From Ginglymostoma cirratum (Eukaryota): a stretch of 64,000 nt of DNA. Position numbers and translations under genes: made by a program. The stretch lies in NCBI GenBank assembly GCA_024137785.1, contig JAHRHZ010000013.1, positions 11,434,425-11,498,424 on the forward strand, in the 5' to 3' direction. The notes under the pieces were generated by a model. That model saw only the letters and a program-made list of their open reading frames with translations, searched no databases and was not told the origin of the DNA. How positions within the stretch are numbered: position 1 is the stretch's first letter; each line of letters begins with the position of its first letter. Positions 1 through 13,159 of this stretch are shown piece by piece.

Positions 1-149
1 TCAAAGATTAAGATGGGTGGAATGGAGAACTGTGGGAAACACTGGGAATTGGCACGAGTACTGGGGTCAAAGGGAACTGCTCCTTTAGGATGGTTTTCAC
101 TTGAAACATGTAGTCACCAGTCTCCTGGCAAATTCAGTAACTAGGACTA

Positions 150-752
150 CAGACAGGGGGCTTTGAAGTCCAGGTGTATGAATCAAAAAAGCCAGCATCC
201 AAGTTCAGTGGGCAAAAAGAAGGGGAAATGGAATGCTGGCCTTTATTTCAAAGGAAATGAAGTATATAAATGGGGATGTTTTGCTAAAACTGTATCAGGC
301 ACTAGTCAGACCACAGCTGGAATACTGTGAACAGTTTTGGGCACCTTGTCTAATGAAATATACTGGCATTGGAGGCAAGCCAGAGAAGTGTCACTAAGCT
401 AATACTTGGAATGGAGGGACTGTCTTATGAGGAGAGGTTGAGTAGGTTGGGCATGTACTTTTGGAATATAGATGAATGAAAGACAACCTATTGAAACATA
501 CAAGATTCTCAGGGGACTTGACACCTTTTGTGAGAGTGTAGAACCAGAGAACGTAATCCCAGGATAAGGGGTCACTCTTTTAAGACAGGGATGAGAACAA
601 ACAACTCCTCTCAGAAAATAATGAGGGAATCAAGTGTTCTGGGGAGAAGGCAGGAAAGTGGAGTTGAGGATTTTCAGATCAGCCATGATCTCATCGAAAG
701 GCAGAGCAGACTCAATGGGCTTAATGGCCTGCTTTGCTCTGATGTCTTATGG
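150..752 (+). mobile_element. CR1/HER1-type LINE, decayed 3' portion (ORF2 C-terminus and 3' UTR)
   Basis: Decayed CR1 ORF2 peptide motifs (NGMLAFISKE, LYQALVRPQLEYCEQFWAP, LSYEERLSRLG) with frameshifts, followed by a typical 3' tail (tcagccatgatctcatcgaa...aatggcct). Confidence 0.9.
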
Positions 753-1649
753 CGGTATTGTCTAAAGGAAATTACTGTGCCAGTAAACCTGATCAATAAT
801 AGTTTAATGGCAGAATTGCTGTTCTGAATTAATTAACTGAATCCAAACTCCACAAGTCTTTGTAGTGGGATTCAAACTTGTATCTCCAGGTCATTAACTG
901 GGGCCTCTGGATTACAAATCCAGTGATATAAATATTGTTATCAACTCAAAGTCTATGTAGACAGACAGCATATAGAGAATTATTTCCAGTTTGTGTATTC
1001 CACAACAATGTCTCCGTTTCCCGCCCTTGCTTGGTTATCCATGATGAGTTCAGCTCAGGACACCCACGATTCAATTGTTAAAGCCAGAATGCATGCTTAA
1101 AGGCAGAATTGGGTAAGGGGTTTGGGTATTTTGCGTTTTCAATATAGAGACCCACCATCTCCATAGGAGTTTCCTGCACACTTCCAAACATTTTCTGCTA
1201 AAACTGGAAGTGAATGGTTTCCTGTCATGTTTCCAACACAACTGTGCTTTTTGGAGTTATGAACCCCTGCCTGCATTCAAACCTGTTCTCCTCCCAGCAG
1301 TTAAAATTCTGCTGTACATCTCAATACATAATTGATTGGTTGACAAACACTTTGGAACATCCTGTGATCATGAAAAACATTCCTAAGATGTGAGTTCTGT
1401 TCTTTCTTTAAAATCAACCTCAGATATTCCAGAATTGACTATAATTACTTTCGCATGTTAATTAGAAAAGTTCCATTATTATAACGGTTTTAAAAGTGCT
1501 CATGTTGAAGTTACACTGAAAATTATTACGTGCTACGGTTCTAAGTGGCAACTTAGAATTATAAGATCAGAGTCTAACACTGCAGACTGCAGGACAGATT
1601 AAAAAATGCCAAACAATCTTTGGCAACAGCATATGCAAGATTCACTGCC

Positions 1650-1975
1650 GCAACTCATAAGGTTCCCTTGACAGCACCTTCCATATCTGCATCATCTACC
1701 ATCTAGAAGGGCAAGGGCAACAGATACATGGGAAAACCATCACCTGCAAGTTTTCTTCCAGTGCAAACACCATCCTGACTTGAACCATTCCTTCACTCTC
1801 TCGAGATCAAAATCCAAGAAACCTTCCCCTAACAGCACTTTGGATATCAATACACCCAAGGGCTGCAGTGGATAAAGAAAGTAGCTCATCATCACCTCCC
1901 CAGGGCAATTAGGAATGGGAAATAAATGCTGGCTGAGCTAAGAACAGCCACATCCCATGAACGAATATAAACAAA
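1650..1975 (+). mobile_element. 3' end of a non-LTR retrotransposon (CR1/L2-group LINE family)
   Basis: cagatacatgggaaaaccatcacctgcaagtt...gggcaattaggaatgggaaataaatgctggc...catcccatgaacgaat recurs at 24667-24927 (+) and 58890-59235 (-). Confidence 0.8.
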
Positions 1976-2960
1976 ATCAGCAATGGTTACCATTCCATTT
2001 CAGGCTGAATTTTAATATTCACATATTCTGACTGTTCTAAAGATTGTAAAACACAACCGAATACATTTGTGTTTAAAAGGAAGATTAACTGTAGATGGGA
2101 AATTATAACCATTTTATAAACACATTAAGAGCCCTGTATCTAAAATGACCTCTCGGTTTGCACAAAATGATAGATCAATTTGCATCATGAGTTTTTTTCG
2201 TTTGTTGTTTCAATCAGAGATGAATAAAAAGATCCTGCAAGCCAGGAATTTTTCTATACAAGCCGAATTTTGAATTCCCTAAAAGTTGAGATTGATGGTG
2301 GCCATGAAGAACAAACTTTACAAACTAGTCTTTCGACAGATTCAATGGCTAAAATGTTCATAAAACCAACCTTTGCCAAAAACAATGTGGCTTGCATATA
2401 TCCCACAAATTCTGATAATATTCTAATCCAATGTAGATTTTTCCACCTTTCAAACCAAGAACATTTGATGGTGATGCTCCTTTCACAGCTACACACCAAC
2501 AGCCCTGGGGTTTACTTTCCATATCATGTGCTCAAAATGCTTTGTAAATTAATGGAAATCATTGGGTTAGACATATGCTCAATCAATGAAATCTTTTGAG
2601 CAGGTCACTGTTCTGCTTCATTTCAGCTTAAACTTCCAAATAGCAGAAAAAGTATTCTTTACAAAACAAAACTCCTAAACTTATACATAATCTTGAGCAA
2701 TTACATTTTGGCCTACAAATTGGATTCCACCCAAACCAAAGATCTTGTGCAACAGACTGGTGGCAGTACTATAGGCTAATCGGCCCGCCAGTGAGTTTCA
2801 TGTGCCAATCTTGGCTCCAGAGGCAGCTTACCAGTCACAGTGGTGCAGTTGAGTTGGCACTGTTCAGATGTAAGCTGATGTCCTTAAGGGTTTAAAAAGA
2901 GGCTACTGGGAGTAGGAGAAAGAATTGACTGACAAATAAGTTTTAAAAGTTGAAATTTAC

Positions 2961-3008
2961 CTTTCTGGTAACAGCGATTTATGAACCACTATCTTGACTG
3001 CTAAGCAT
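2961..3008 (-). other. Candidate 48-nt internal exon (symmetric phase 2/2; peptide CLAVKIVVHKSLLPE if coding)
   Basis: Minus strand reads aatcattttcttcag|ATGCTTAGC...CCAGAAAG|gtaaat in non-repetitive sequence. No homology recognised. Confidence 0.3.
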
Positions 3009-3369
3009 CTGAAGAAAATGATTACAGCATTCATACCATCTGATGTAGCAAGTATGTTCAAATTTTGCAAAACAAGCATGAGGCCCCTATTTGCAGAAGC
3101 AGAGGGCCAAATGCCTGTATTCATTCCACACCCTGATACCCTGCATTTCCAGCACAGAGAGTTCAGGTGCCATGTTGGGCCCTGAGGCACCCATTATGAC
3201 CAATAAAGCAATCCCAGGCCTAGGCTCCATTTTGTAGAGTTTTTGAAGAGGAAGTAATTAGCAAAGGGCCGTGTGAAACTCTTTTCAATATTCTGATAAT
3301 AATGGAAGAAATTAGATGGTCCTTTGTATTGTAATATTTTCTCCTCAATATGCCATAACTGTCTCTTTC

Positions 3370-3720
3370 ATGCATCTGTCAACATCCCTGTAATATACTG
3401 CAATAGCTGCAGGTTGTGTACAGTACACTGTCATTCCTTTTTTGTCCGTAACCGTACCAAGCAGCATGTTGTGTTATTTTAGACTGAAACTGTACTTCAC
3501 AGCTGTCACAGCTGCAAATCTGAAGCCGGTACCACCTCTCTGCTGTGGGCTTGAGGTGCTGGGACCAACTGCTCTGCTCATATCAAACACTCCAGGGCCT
3601 GTCCATCAGCAACCTCCTGCCTCAGGCAAAGGGGCTGGAACCAGCTGAGAAAGCATCAGAAGAGAAGCAGCCAAGCTGGCAGTGACTGAAAAGGACACAA
3701 ATCTGTGACAGCTCTTTTGT
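3370..3720. promoter_or_regulatory. Candidate enhancer: clustered CAGCTG E-boxes, MEIS/TGIF (CTGTCA/TGACAG) sites and an AP-2-type palindrome
   Basis: CAGCTG at 3500, 3509 and 3642; CTGTCA at about 3376, 3428 and 3503; TGACAG at about 3706; GCCTCAGGC at 3619-3627. Motif evidence only. Confidence 0.35.
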
Positions 3721-4965
3721 TGCCTATGGCTTTCAGCACCGGTCCTCGCTTTTTTTTTGTTGCTTTTCGTGTTTTTTTTCTCTAATGCTGATTTTGAATG
3801 GCTTCACAAAGACTGAGAAAGCTCTTTTTGCCAGCTGGACTCTGTGTTTTGTTCACAGATTGTAAGATACAAACCTTATCAACATGGGTCATCTCACACA
3901 GATGTCAAGCATACCAACATAGTAGGCATTTCGAGTTAAAGGCACAACTGACAAATGCTGAACTCTTGAGGCCTTCAGTGAGTAAATACTTTCAAACCAG
4001 AAGTCAAAATTGTAGATGTTACAAGGCATCACACGTATTATTGTTTCTGAGTGTTTTTTTTTACTTTTACCACCTATAGCAAAATGGACTAAACAAGCTC
4101 TAAATTGGTGCTATTCATTTGTTACATCAAAGACACCACCTTTATGAAAAGATAATATTTGCCAAAATGTGCAAAACAATCATGAGATGATCATGAAAAA
4201 TGATGGTTCATGTTTTTGTGCGATTTACTGTGCATGCCTATTTACACACAAAAAATGTTTTTTTTTTAATGTGGTATCCCTTTCATGAGGAATTAAATCT
4301 TTAAGTTACACACAATGATAAATAATCTTTAAAAAAAAATTTCCTGTCTTTAAGTTTCCATACTTTGATTCAGTTTTGTCTTTCCTTCGTACTCATTTTC
4401 ACTGGGACCACCTTTAGTTAACTGGGCGTCTTCGGACTTAATCTTTCACACCTGTATCCCCTGCAGCCAACAGCACCAATTGAAACCACACCATTCTGAT
4501 TGTATGGACCTCAGGCAAGTTTTTAAAGCTCCACTTGCTCTGTGAGAAAGGACCTGAGTGAACACACACATGCACGTCCTCTCTTTCGGTCTCTTATTCC
4601 AACCCTCCTCCAGTTTCATCTCTCCACCCAACCCCCAACTAAATCTTAGAACACAAATCAAAGGATGGCACTTTAAAGCCAGCTCATTCCTGGGTAATAA
4701 CATTAGGATGAGATTCCATCTTTGCTAAAATTAACAAAACGATGACCCCGTTTTGTTTTCCAGAGACTTTACTGCTTAAATAATAAAGATGATACAAATT
4801 TCCTCACTTCTTGCACCAACAAGTTTTTCTTTATCATTATGCTAATGCTTTATTAATTCTTATACCAGCACTTACTGATAACCTATTTTATTTAGAATTA
4901 ACAAAAGAGTTTCAACTATTGTACTTAGTTTTGAGGTTGACAAAATTGTTGTGCAAAGGGATTTT

Positions 4966-5320
4966 TTTTATTCATTCTCAGACTGCAAACGTTCCTGTGA
5001 AGGTCAACATTTATTTCACATCCCTACTTGCCCTGAGATGGTGGTGGTGGCCTTTTACCAGAAACCAATGCAGTCTGTGTAGTGAAGGTCCTGTTATTTT
5101 TTTCAGACAGCCTTTAAGAGAGAATTACGTTGGCATGGGACTGGAATCATTTATCGACCGGGCTGAGTAATGATACCAGATTCCATTGTTAATCTATCAG
5201 TTTCATAATTACTTCTAATGATCCAGTTCTCAATGGTCAGACCATTTTTTTAAATAAGATTCAATTTCAAATTGTGGGATGTATGGTTTACCTGGTCCAA
5301 CAACATAACAGCTAAGGGGC
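4966..5320 (-). mobile_element. Decayed SINE with LINE-derived 3' tail
   Basis: Reverse-complement similarity to the element at 5490-5982 (tttattcattc...catttatt...ccctacttgccctgag). Confidence 0.6.
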
Positions 5321-5489
5321 TCCACCTAATTATTTACTTGTGGGTTATATCGTCTTCATGAAGTTGATTTTAACAATCAAACCACCAAAATTTTTTTAAA
5401 AACTGACATTTCTGTTTTTGTTATGTGATTTGCGATGCCACGGTGACAACTGGTCCTTCTATCTATTCATGTTACTATGCTACTACAAA

Positions 5490-5982
5490 GTGGTGGTGCA
5501 TAGACAATGTCAATAGGCTTGGAATCCTGAGGCCTGGATTGTTGCTTTGGGGATAGGGATTCAAATCTCACCACAGCAATTGGTAGAATATAACTTAATT
5601 TCATAAATCTGAGCTAACATGATGGTGGGTTATGAAACAATCATAAACTATTATTAAAATCCTGTTGGTCAATTGATGTTCTTTAGAGAAGGAAGTCTGA
5701 CCTATGTGTGACTCCAGCCCCATAGCAATGTGGTTGACATTTAACAGCCCTCTGAAATATCTAGCAAGGTATTCCATTGTATCAAACACCAACAAAGTCT
5801 AAAAAAAATGAAATAAGCTGACTGGACCAGCTGGCATCACACTAGGCACTATGACACCTGCACCCCATTTCTCATGGACACCAGCAGTTCAAATAGACAG
5901 CTCACTATCTCTGTCTCAAGAGCTGGGCAATAAATACTGTCCTAGCTAGCAATACCCAAATCCCATGAACAAATAAGCAAAT
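5490..5982 (+). mobile_element. tRNA-derived SINE sharing its 3' tail with the LINE family at 1650-1975
   Basis: B-box-like gggattcaaatctcacc head and 3' end gggcaataaatactg...cccaaatcccatgaacaaataa. Confidence 0.65.
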
Positions 5983-6384
5983 AAGGTCAGCCACAATGGT
6001 CCGCTAGGGGAAACCTAACAAATTGTCTCTCCAGGGGCAACAGCATTGAATGAGCAACTCAATGGAGGTGGCTGTTCAAAGCTGTGTCCCCCCGCTATTT
6101 TGCAGCAAAAGAGTGAATCCAATAAATGGTTTCAGGAATCATCATCTTGCTCATGATCGGAAAATCACAGTAAATAAAGCTTTCTGCAAAGATATAATCA
6201 GAAGAATTGCAATAATCCCAAACAAACACAAGTTTATGACAGGTAGGTTATATCTGAAAGAACTGATAGGTTTTCTAGGAGCATGTAGCAGGATTACTAG
6301 ATGAGCATACTTCACTCAGTGATTTTAATATTTATTGCAGTATTGTTGCAAATTTGAAAATGAATTGGCTAATTATTGAAAAAA

Positions 6385-6765
6385 GGTTTGAATTTACATA
6401 GTTCTTTTCATGATCGCAGAATGTCCCAAAACATATTTATTGTTGTAACATAAGAGAAACATGAATATGATTGACAATTTGCACACAATCTCTCCCACAC
6501 AGCACTTCATGACATGATCAGATCATCTGTTTTTGGTGTTGAAGGATAAATACCAGCTGTGACTCCTTGCTCTTCTTCTGATATTGTAGTGGGATCCTTT
6601 ATGTCTACCTATAATGGTTTAACATTGCATCAGAAAAATGGTATCAGCAACAGTTCAACATTCCTTCAGCATTCCACAAAACTGTCAGCCTAGATTGCAT
6701 GCCGAAGTCTCTATACCTTGAGCTCAGAAACGTCTCCCATCTGATACATTCACCACTAAACCAAG
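6385..6765 (-). mobile_element. Deu-domain SINE (SacSINE1/AmnSINE1-like), decayed
   Basis: Reverse-strand match to the Deu-SINE layout (aatttgcacaca, gatcagatcatctgtttt, gggatcctttatgtctacct, tgtcagcctagatt), also seen at 40335-41090 and 41845-42250. Confidence 0.7.
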
Positions 6766-6804
6766 TCTATCAATCAGTAACAATAGAGAGTAATCAATGG
6801 TAGT

Positions 6805-7440
6805 TGTGATGATACCATGGCTTCAAGAGGTGTATTTTGTCCTTTTTTTGAAGAGACGTTTTAAGCCATAGGTACTGACCTGTCTCCTCCAAGTCAATGA
6901 ACTAAACAGCATGTAAGACCTTAGGTTTTATAAAAAAAAATGGTGGAATGATAAAAGCAGCATGAATGGGTAGAGTCAGGCTCCCACAGAACCAGGGTCT
7001 TAGTTTAGCTTTCAGAAATTGTTGGGATTTTGAAGTTGGTGGTGGAAGCTGTTATTCATCTCTCTGCTACAGCTAAAACCTTGGGTTCTCTCTCCCTTTG
7101 CCAGAATCACATGTGAAACAATCTATTTTACCGAATTTGCCTTTGCCAAGTTATGTTTGTGAAATATTACTATCATGGAACAATTGCTCTGTAGCAGTTA
7201 AACAATATGTAATTATGTTAAAATTTCCAATGGAATTAAAGGAATACTAATTCTTATTTCTTTTGTTCGTATTTTAACTGTAGGGTAAGATTAAAGTGTG
7301 TTTTGCTTAAAGCCGAGTAGTGTAACTAATCAAACTACATCTGGAACATAGCACCTTACACTTGTCTTTAAAAAGATAAAATTTAGAGTCTAGGCCGTCC
7401 CCTTGATATATTTGAAGGGGGTTCGGTCTGGTCCATAACA
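6805..7440. mobile_element. Solo LTR, 636 bp
   Basis: Starts TGTGATGA and ends CCATAACA (imperfect terminal inverted repeat, TG...CA). Flanked by tagt (6801-6804) and cagt (7441-7444), consistent with a mutated 4-bp TSD. Confidence 0.65.
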
Positions 7441-8829
7441 CAGTGGTTCCAGTTGCAAGCAATGACCCAGAGAGGTACACAACCTTAGTTTCTGAAAACT
7501 CTGCTAATCATTATAATTGCCCCACTACCACATAGGCATTGCTCCCGATCCCAGCTCTCTCCCAATGAACCCATGGGGAAGTTATAAATCAGGCGCCAAG
7601 AGGAAGTGTTAACTCATTGTCTCATGTCTACTCCTATATACACCCCGGCAGCTCGGATCATAGTGGTCCAGACTGACCTGTTGTCTAATCTCTGGCACAC
7701 AGAAACCAAGAAAAGCAAAGTAAAGCATCAGAAATGACAATGCCACTCTAATCAAATGAAAGAAGAATTATGACCCATGTGTGACATGCTGGTCTAGAGA
7801 TGACAATTGCTGCTATTACTGGATGAACATTTAACACGCTATATGATGCTCCATTTCAAATTAATTTGACAGTGATTAACCCATTTTGCAAGTGGCTGGA
7901 AATGTGATACTGTAAACAAGAAGTGATGAGTTGTGCACTTGATTTTGGAGAAATAATCCAAGTTTTTAAGCTAACCTTTTTTTTTGAAGTCTGAATGTTT
8001 CTTTTAATGTAACCCTCAAAAGACCAAGCGGGGAAAGCTAAACAGATCTAACATAGATTTTCCATCAATGGTTTGAAGTTTCAGCTCAGTTTATTTTCAA
8101 TCACAACACTTGGAAGCCCGTGACACGCATCCTTGTGTAATTGCATATAAGCTAAGGTTGAAACTGGCAGTGAGTATAAAAGATTGAAAAAGAGAGGCAC
8201 TTTCAGGTAAAGTATGCATGAAGCACATAAGATTCCTTTAAATGTGAACACAGTTCTGAGCTATGTGGCATGTGGACTCAGTAGATTCCTGTGGTTGATT
8301 CATTTCCCTCAAAGCACCCTTTAATTTAGTTGACACCTATGCCTTTAAAAAGTTATAATAACAACATTTAAAGTTGTCAATGGGACCAGTTTCCTTTTCC
8401 AGTATAATTTGTTGATAACAACAGATATCACATATGCAGCTTTCTGATTATTACTTTAAAAATAGTTTACTTAAGTTTAAAGGCCCGGTGTCCAGTCTGA
8501 ATTGCCCATTTGCAAGCACGTCATTCTTACTCAAATATGTTTGTAAAGAGTGGTGATGGTTCTCTCAGAAAAGGAGTCATGCTGATAATACTGTAGCTTA
8601 GAGTGGAGTGTTGACCTTCAAGTTGATCTGAGGGAGAGCGGTTACGTGCAAAATTTCTTTGTTATTTCACTGAGAACTGAACTTCCTTTGTAGTCCTGCT
8701 GGTGTGGGTGACAGGGAATGATCCAAGTCCCATAGTACAGTTAATATATGACTTTCCTGATAGTTCACGAAGGGATTAAAGGTCTGACTTTCTTGCAGTG
8801 CTGTCTGAATATCCTAATGAATTTAATAG

Positions 8830-9655
8830 CTGTTCATTAAAATAATGATAAGGCATGTTCCACCAATCTCCTCCCATAATCCCTGCCACCAAACAGCAGG
8901 AGAATACTTGCGTATAACAAATCCACAAGTATTGATTTACCCATATACTTCAACCGTTGGAAAACAAGTCCAAGAAATACTGCACTCACCTCACTTGTCA
9001 CTTTCACATATTGAGTTTCTCCTGTGACCCATGTTTTGAATTTTTGTGGTCGATCTCTAAATGAGCGACTATAATTTCCCTTGAAATACGGTTGCTTTAA
9101 ATTGGATCATTGCCAAATTGTGGCAAAGTTCTTCTATGGGGCAACAGCTTTCCAAATTCCACATTCCTTCACCAGAATAATTTTGTGCCAGATCCAAAGT
9201 CTGTCCGAGTCTCTTCCTTCAACAGGCTAGAGGTGAAAAGGGGTCAGTGTTCTTCCTTTTGTGATCTCTGCTCAGGAATATTTAACAGAGGCTTAGATAA
9301 GCTGAGAAAAGTCCGGGCTTAAACCTCAACATGAACGAACTGACTGAAGCGACTGCTCGCATCAACAATTCACTCCTATTCTTGCTGTAAACATTACCTT
9401 GTAATTCCCTCTTGCCTCCAATCTTTAATTCTCACCCTGGTGATCAAATCCCTTTTGGCCTTGCTACTTGCTCTTGCCGTAATTTCCTGCAGCAATACAG
9501 TTGCCTCAGTTGGAATTCTTTGTTCATCTCAATATGGTCTTTTTGCCTCTTTGTCTTACATTGTTGACTTTTCCTCCAGCTGTTTAAGCCTGTGCTCTCA
9601 AATTTCCTCTCTAACCCTCCTTGCCTCCTTACAGCTCCTTTTCTGCCTTTAAGGT
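8830..9655 (-). mobile_element. Decayed coding-like remnant, possibly L1-type ORF1
   Basis: The minus strand is purine-rich with a coiled-coil-like E/K/R/Q stretch, then LLNIPEQ and RISREIIVAHL, loosely resembling the L1 ORF1p motifs LRIxGIPE and PRxIIVxF. Many stops. Confidence 0.3.
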
Positions 9656-9664
9656 TCTCTTTGG

Positions 9665-9790
9665 ATCATCTTGGGCCGGTTTTGGATGATAATGGAATAG
9701 TGTAGGTTAGATGGGCTTCAGATTGGTTTCTCAGGTCAGCGCAACATCGAGGGCCGAAGGGCCTGTACTGCACTGTAATGTTCTATGTTC
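9665..9790 (+). mobile_element. CR1 3' terminal fragment
   Basis: gcgcaacatcgagggccgaagggcctgtactgcactgtaatgttctatgttc is a canonical CR1 3' end with a TTCTATG-type tail. Confidence 0.85.
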
Positions 9791-10379
9791 CCCCTGCAGG
9801 GTGTGTTTTTGGGGGTGATGGGTATGTACATTAAGTGTGAATGCTCTGCCCACAATCTTCCTGCCCAACCCTGAGCTCACCCCAATAATACAGAGGGTGG
9901 GCGAGTGCTGAAATCATCAATCTGCCCACCATATATAAATAAATAAACATCGATCAAGCTCTCAACAGCTCAAGTGAAACTGATAATATGGTGCTGTAAT
10001 CAGTTGGCATAGGCAACCAAGCAAGAGTAAGCAACATTTTTCTTTACAGTTTTTTTTAAAGGGTTGGGAAGGTAAAGGATACTACCTTTGAGGATGGATG
10101 GCATGATTTACTTCATATATCAAGGGCACACCCCTCCCCTTTGGGGTTATACAATCATATAGTTTCCTGTCTACCTATTCTCCAAAACCCATCTCCCAAT
10201 CCCAACAGTAACAGATTGTACGTATGGCAGTAATAACAGGCACATCTCCCGACACCCTCAACCCCACAGCACAGAAGACACTATTGCATATAAGATAATG
10301 GTGTGGGTTATCTGTGGCTCAGGATGTAAACTGAACAGCTCCTGCTTGTGCAGGCTATGGAATGTTGGAAAGTAATTTT

Positions 10380-10965
10380 ATTATGGAAATAAGGGTGAAT
10401 GTTTCCAGACCACAAACCATTGCTTGTCCTTTTCTTCACAGCATGAGACATATACTCTGCCCAGTATGGGTGTGTGGAGGCAGCCGGTTTTCATCTCATC
10501 ATCGGTATCACATCTTAGAAGTCTGCACCATTACAGAGCCACCATGACGCCCATATTCCTCATGAATTCCCATGTTCCTGTCTCGTTTCAACAGCTGGAG
10601 AGCTTATTAGGATTGTTACTCTCTCTGACCCATGGCTGATGACTACATTATGGCTGATCCTGAGCATAAACACATTGTAGATCATTCTTCAACCAGGGCC
10701 ATGATGGAGCAGACAGTAGGCCTGCCGAAAATGGAGTTGGATTGGTTAGGGTGGGGGTGTCTGTAAAGATTGCGAGCTGTGCCCTACACAACAGGAGCAG
10801 ACAAAAAGAGGATGGGCAGGATGATGAAGATCTGGGAAAGCTGCAGCAGTCTTCAAAGTCAGAAGATGAACACATTGAGCAGGAAGATTACTTCCAGCCT
10901 GATAGAGCACTGCAGCATCTGGCACAACAAGTCAGACAAGATGTAATTGACAGCTGGTTCCAACA
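10380..10965 (+). pseudogene. PIF/Harbinger DDE transposase remnant
   Basis: Collinear frameshifted motifs: ILEVC...HHDAHI (about 10510-10557), PWLMT (10630-10644), HSSTRAMMEQTVGL (10683-10724), CALHN (10778-10792), and an acidic tail ending RQDVIDSWF. Confidence 0.85.
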
Positions 10966-11204
10966 GATGGGAGCTGGGGGCAGTGCTCACTCATTGATTA
11001 TAAATTTCTTGGTACTTGAAAATTGAGCAGATTCTGTCTGTTCCCAGAGGCAAATGCAGCTTTTGTTTGTTTGTTTTTAATACACTTTGCTGTTGTTGAA
11101 TAAAAACAAAGGTTTTCAACCATTTGAAAGACGTCCTTAATGTGACACTCTCACTTTGAACAATAAAAAGATGTTAGGCTACACGAGGCTTTGGGGAAGC
11201 TCAT

Positions 11205-11520
11205 TGTCCATTACACTCTCCCTCCCTCACACACACCCCTTCTCTCCATCACATATTCTCTCTCTTTCCCTCCCTCACATATTATTTCTCTCTTTCTTCC
11301 CCGTAACACATAATTTCTCTCTCTCCCTCCCTCACACAATGATATCTCTCTCTCCCATGCTCAAACACTATTTCTCTCTCACATGCATTCTTGCTCCCTC
11401 ACATTCACTCTCTCGCCCTGCATACACTCATTCCCTTTCCCTTCCACACAAACTCCCTCTCACATACATTCTTCCTCACTCTCAGACTCTCTCTCTCTTT
11501 CTCCCCCTCCCCCCAGGTCC
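11205..11520. repeat. CT/CA-rich low-complexity degenerate tandem repeat
   Basis: Repeated ctctctccctccctcacac-like units. Confidence 0.85.
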
Positions 11521-11929
11521 TCACATGCTCCTTAGCCCACCCCTAGTCCCTACTCTCTTCCCTGGCGATCTGTATCTAGGGCCTAGTCTGTCTTTCCTGT
11601 GCTGTACGTAAACATAAACAGCGAAACAATAGTTTTATTAGTTAGCTCTATTATTTGGCAATTGTTAATGGCTATTTGTTACTCATTTAAAGTATCAACT
11701 TATTGCTTTTGATTTTTTTTCTGAAATTCACTTTTGCTGTTGCCCTGAGCCTAATCTTTCTGAAATTTGATTGCCATCACCTCCAGTGAGAGAAAAATGG
11801 AAATGTGTTACCCCACACCCTGCAACCATTCTTGTCAATCTTTTCTGCACTGTCTCTTTACACATCAGGGATTTCTGCACTCTCCATCACTACAATGTTA
11901 TTCAAACTCAGTACCCCCATTCTTCCTCC

Positions 11930-13130
11930 ACCCCATCCTCCATTCCTATCCTTCCTTTACACCTTGTATCCAGGAATATTTAACAAGCAGTTTAACATAA
12001 GTCTATCATTTGTTATTTAACAACAATTCTTATTTGAACTAGACCACATCATATTTTCAAAAAGCAATTTGCCTGTAAATCACCAATCTTATTCATCACA
12101 CTCCACACATTCACATATCTGTACAATAACCCTATGTTAGACTTAAATACTTTCTCCCTTACTCTGAATCCATGCAACAATGTGCTATTTGCTAATCTAG
12201 TGTTTTCTGTTTCTCCCATTATACTGCATACTTTGGTATTCCTCTCTGATGTTACCTTTTGGTTCCCATACTGCTGCCAAGTTAGTTTGAACCCTCCTCA
12301 ACAACATTAGTAACTCACCTCTGCTATCACAGATCTCCCAACTGTCCAGCCTGTACAGGTCTAATCTCCCCTAAAACCAGTCCCAAAATGGGCCAAGAAT
12401 TTAAAGTCCACCTTCCCGCACTATTCCTACAGCCACATATACATCTGTTCTGTCCTTCTATTTCTAAACGCATTTGCACATGGTACTGGGAGCAATCTGG
12501 AGATTACTACTTTTGGGATGCTGTTTGATAATATCCTACCTGATTCCCTAAATTCTGACTGCAGGACCAAACCTGTCTTTCTGACTACGTTGTTGGCATT
12601 CGTTAGAACTGTTACAACTTGCTTTTCATCTCCATTCCTCAGGGTGTTCTGCAGCCATTCAGCAACATTTATGAGAGCAGGGAGGCAACATACCTTCCTA
12701 GATTCAGGTCTTCACTCACAAAAACCTCTGCCTGCTATGTAACTATTCAATGGCCAAGTATTATTGCTGTTCCAGTCTTCTTCTTGCCCTCCAGGGCAAC
12801 TGAGCCATCCATTCTCATTGATTTAGCTCTGGCTGTACTCCCCAGATGAACCATCTCTTTATTCAGCATTCAGAATGGAATTTGACTAACAAAGGAATAA
12901 AGATTATTAGGGGTAGGTAGGAATTTTGAGTTAAAGCTACAATCAGGTCAGCCATGGTGTTATTGAATGGCATAGCAGCATTAGGAAGCTGCATGTCCTA
13001 ATCATGCTGCTAATTTTTGTGGTCCTATGATTACTGGTTAGAAAGTGAGATGCCTTCAGGAGACTCCTGAACTATCTGACCTTTTCTCTTTGACTATCTG
13101 GTGGTCACCCATTCTGCAGTGATGTTGTAG
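11930..13130 (-). mobile_element. CR1 5' region: ORF1 esterase (SGNH) domain and start of ORF2 endonuclease, decayed
   Basis: Minus-strand motifs VCCLPA, SEFRESG, KVVISRLLPVP, DLYRLD and, further downstream, NVWSVMNKIG and LNIPGY. Confidence 0.8.
12882..13030 (+). mobile_element. CR1 3' tail inserted into the CR1 ORF1 remnant
   Basis: atcaggtcagccatggtgttattgaatggcatagcagc...gtcctatg interrupts an ORF1 reading that resumes on both sides. Confidence 0.7.
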
Positions 13131-13159
13131 CATGCGTTCTCTACTATTTACTGTATCTC

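Noticed and set aside
989-1112. Plus-strand exon-like unit (ttccag|...|gtaagg)
   Set aside because: It has stops in all three frames and no other support.
3473-3483. MEF2-like CTAAAATAA
   Set aside because: It is one A/T short of the CTA(A/T)4TAR consensus.
11156-11611. 151-aa Leu/Ser/Pro/His-rich ORF
   Set aside because: It is a translation of CT/CA low-complexity sequence.
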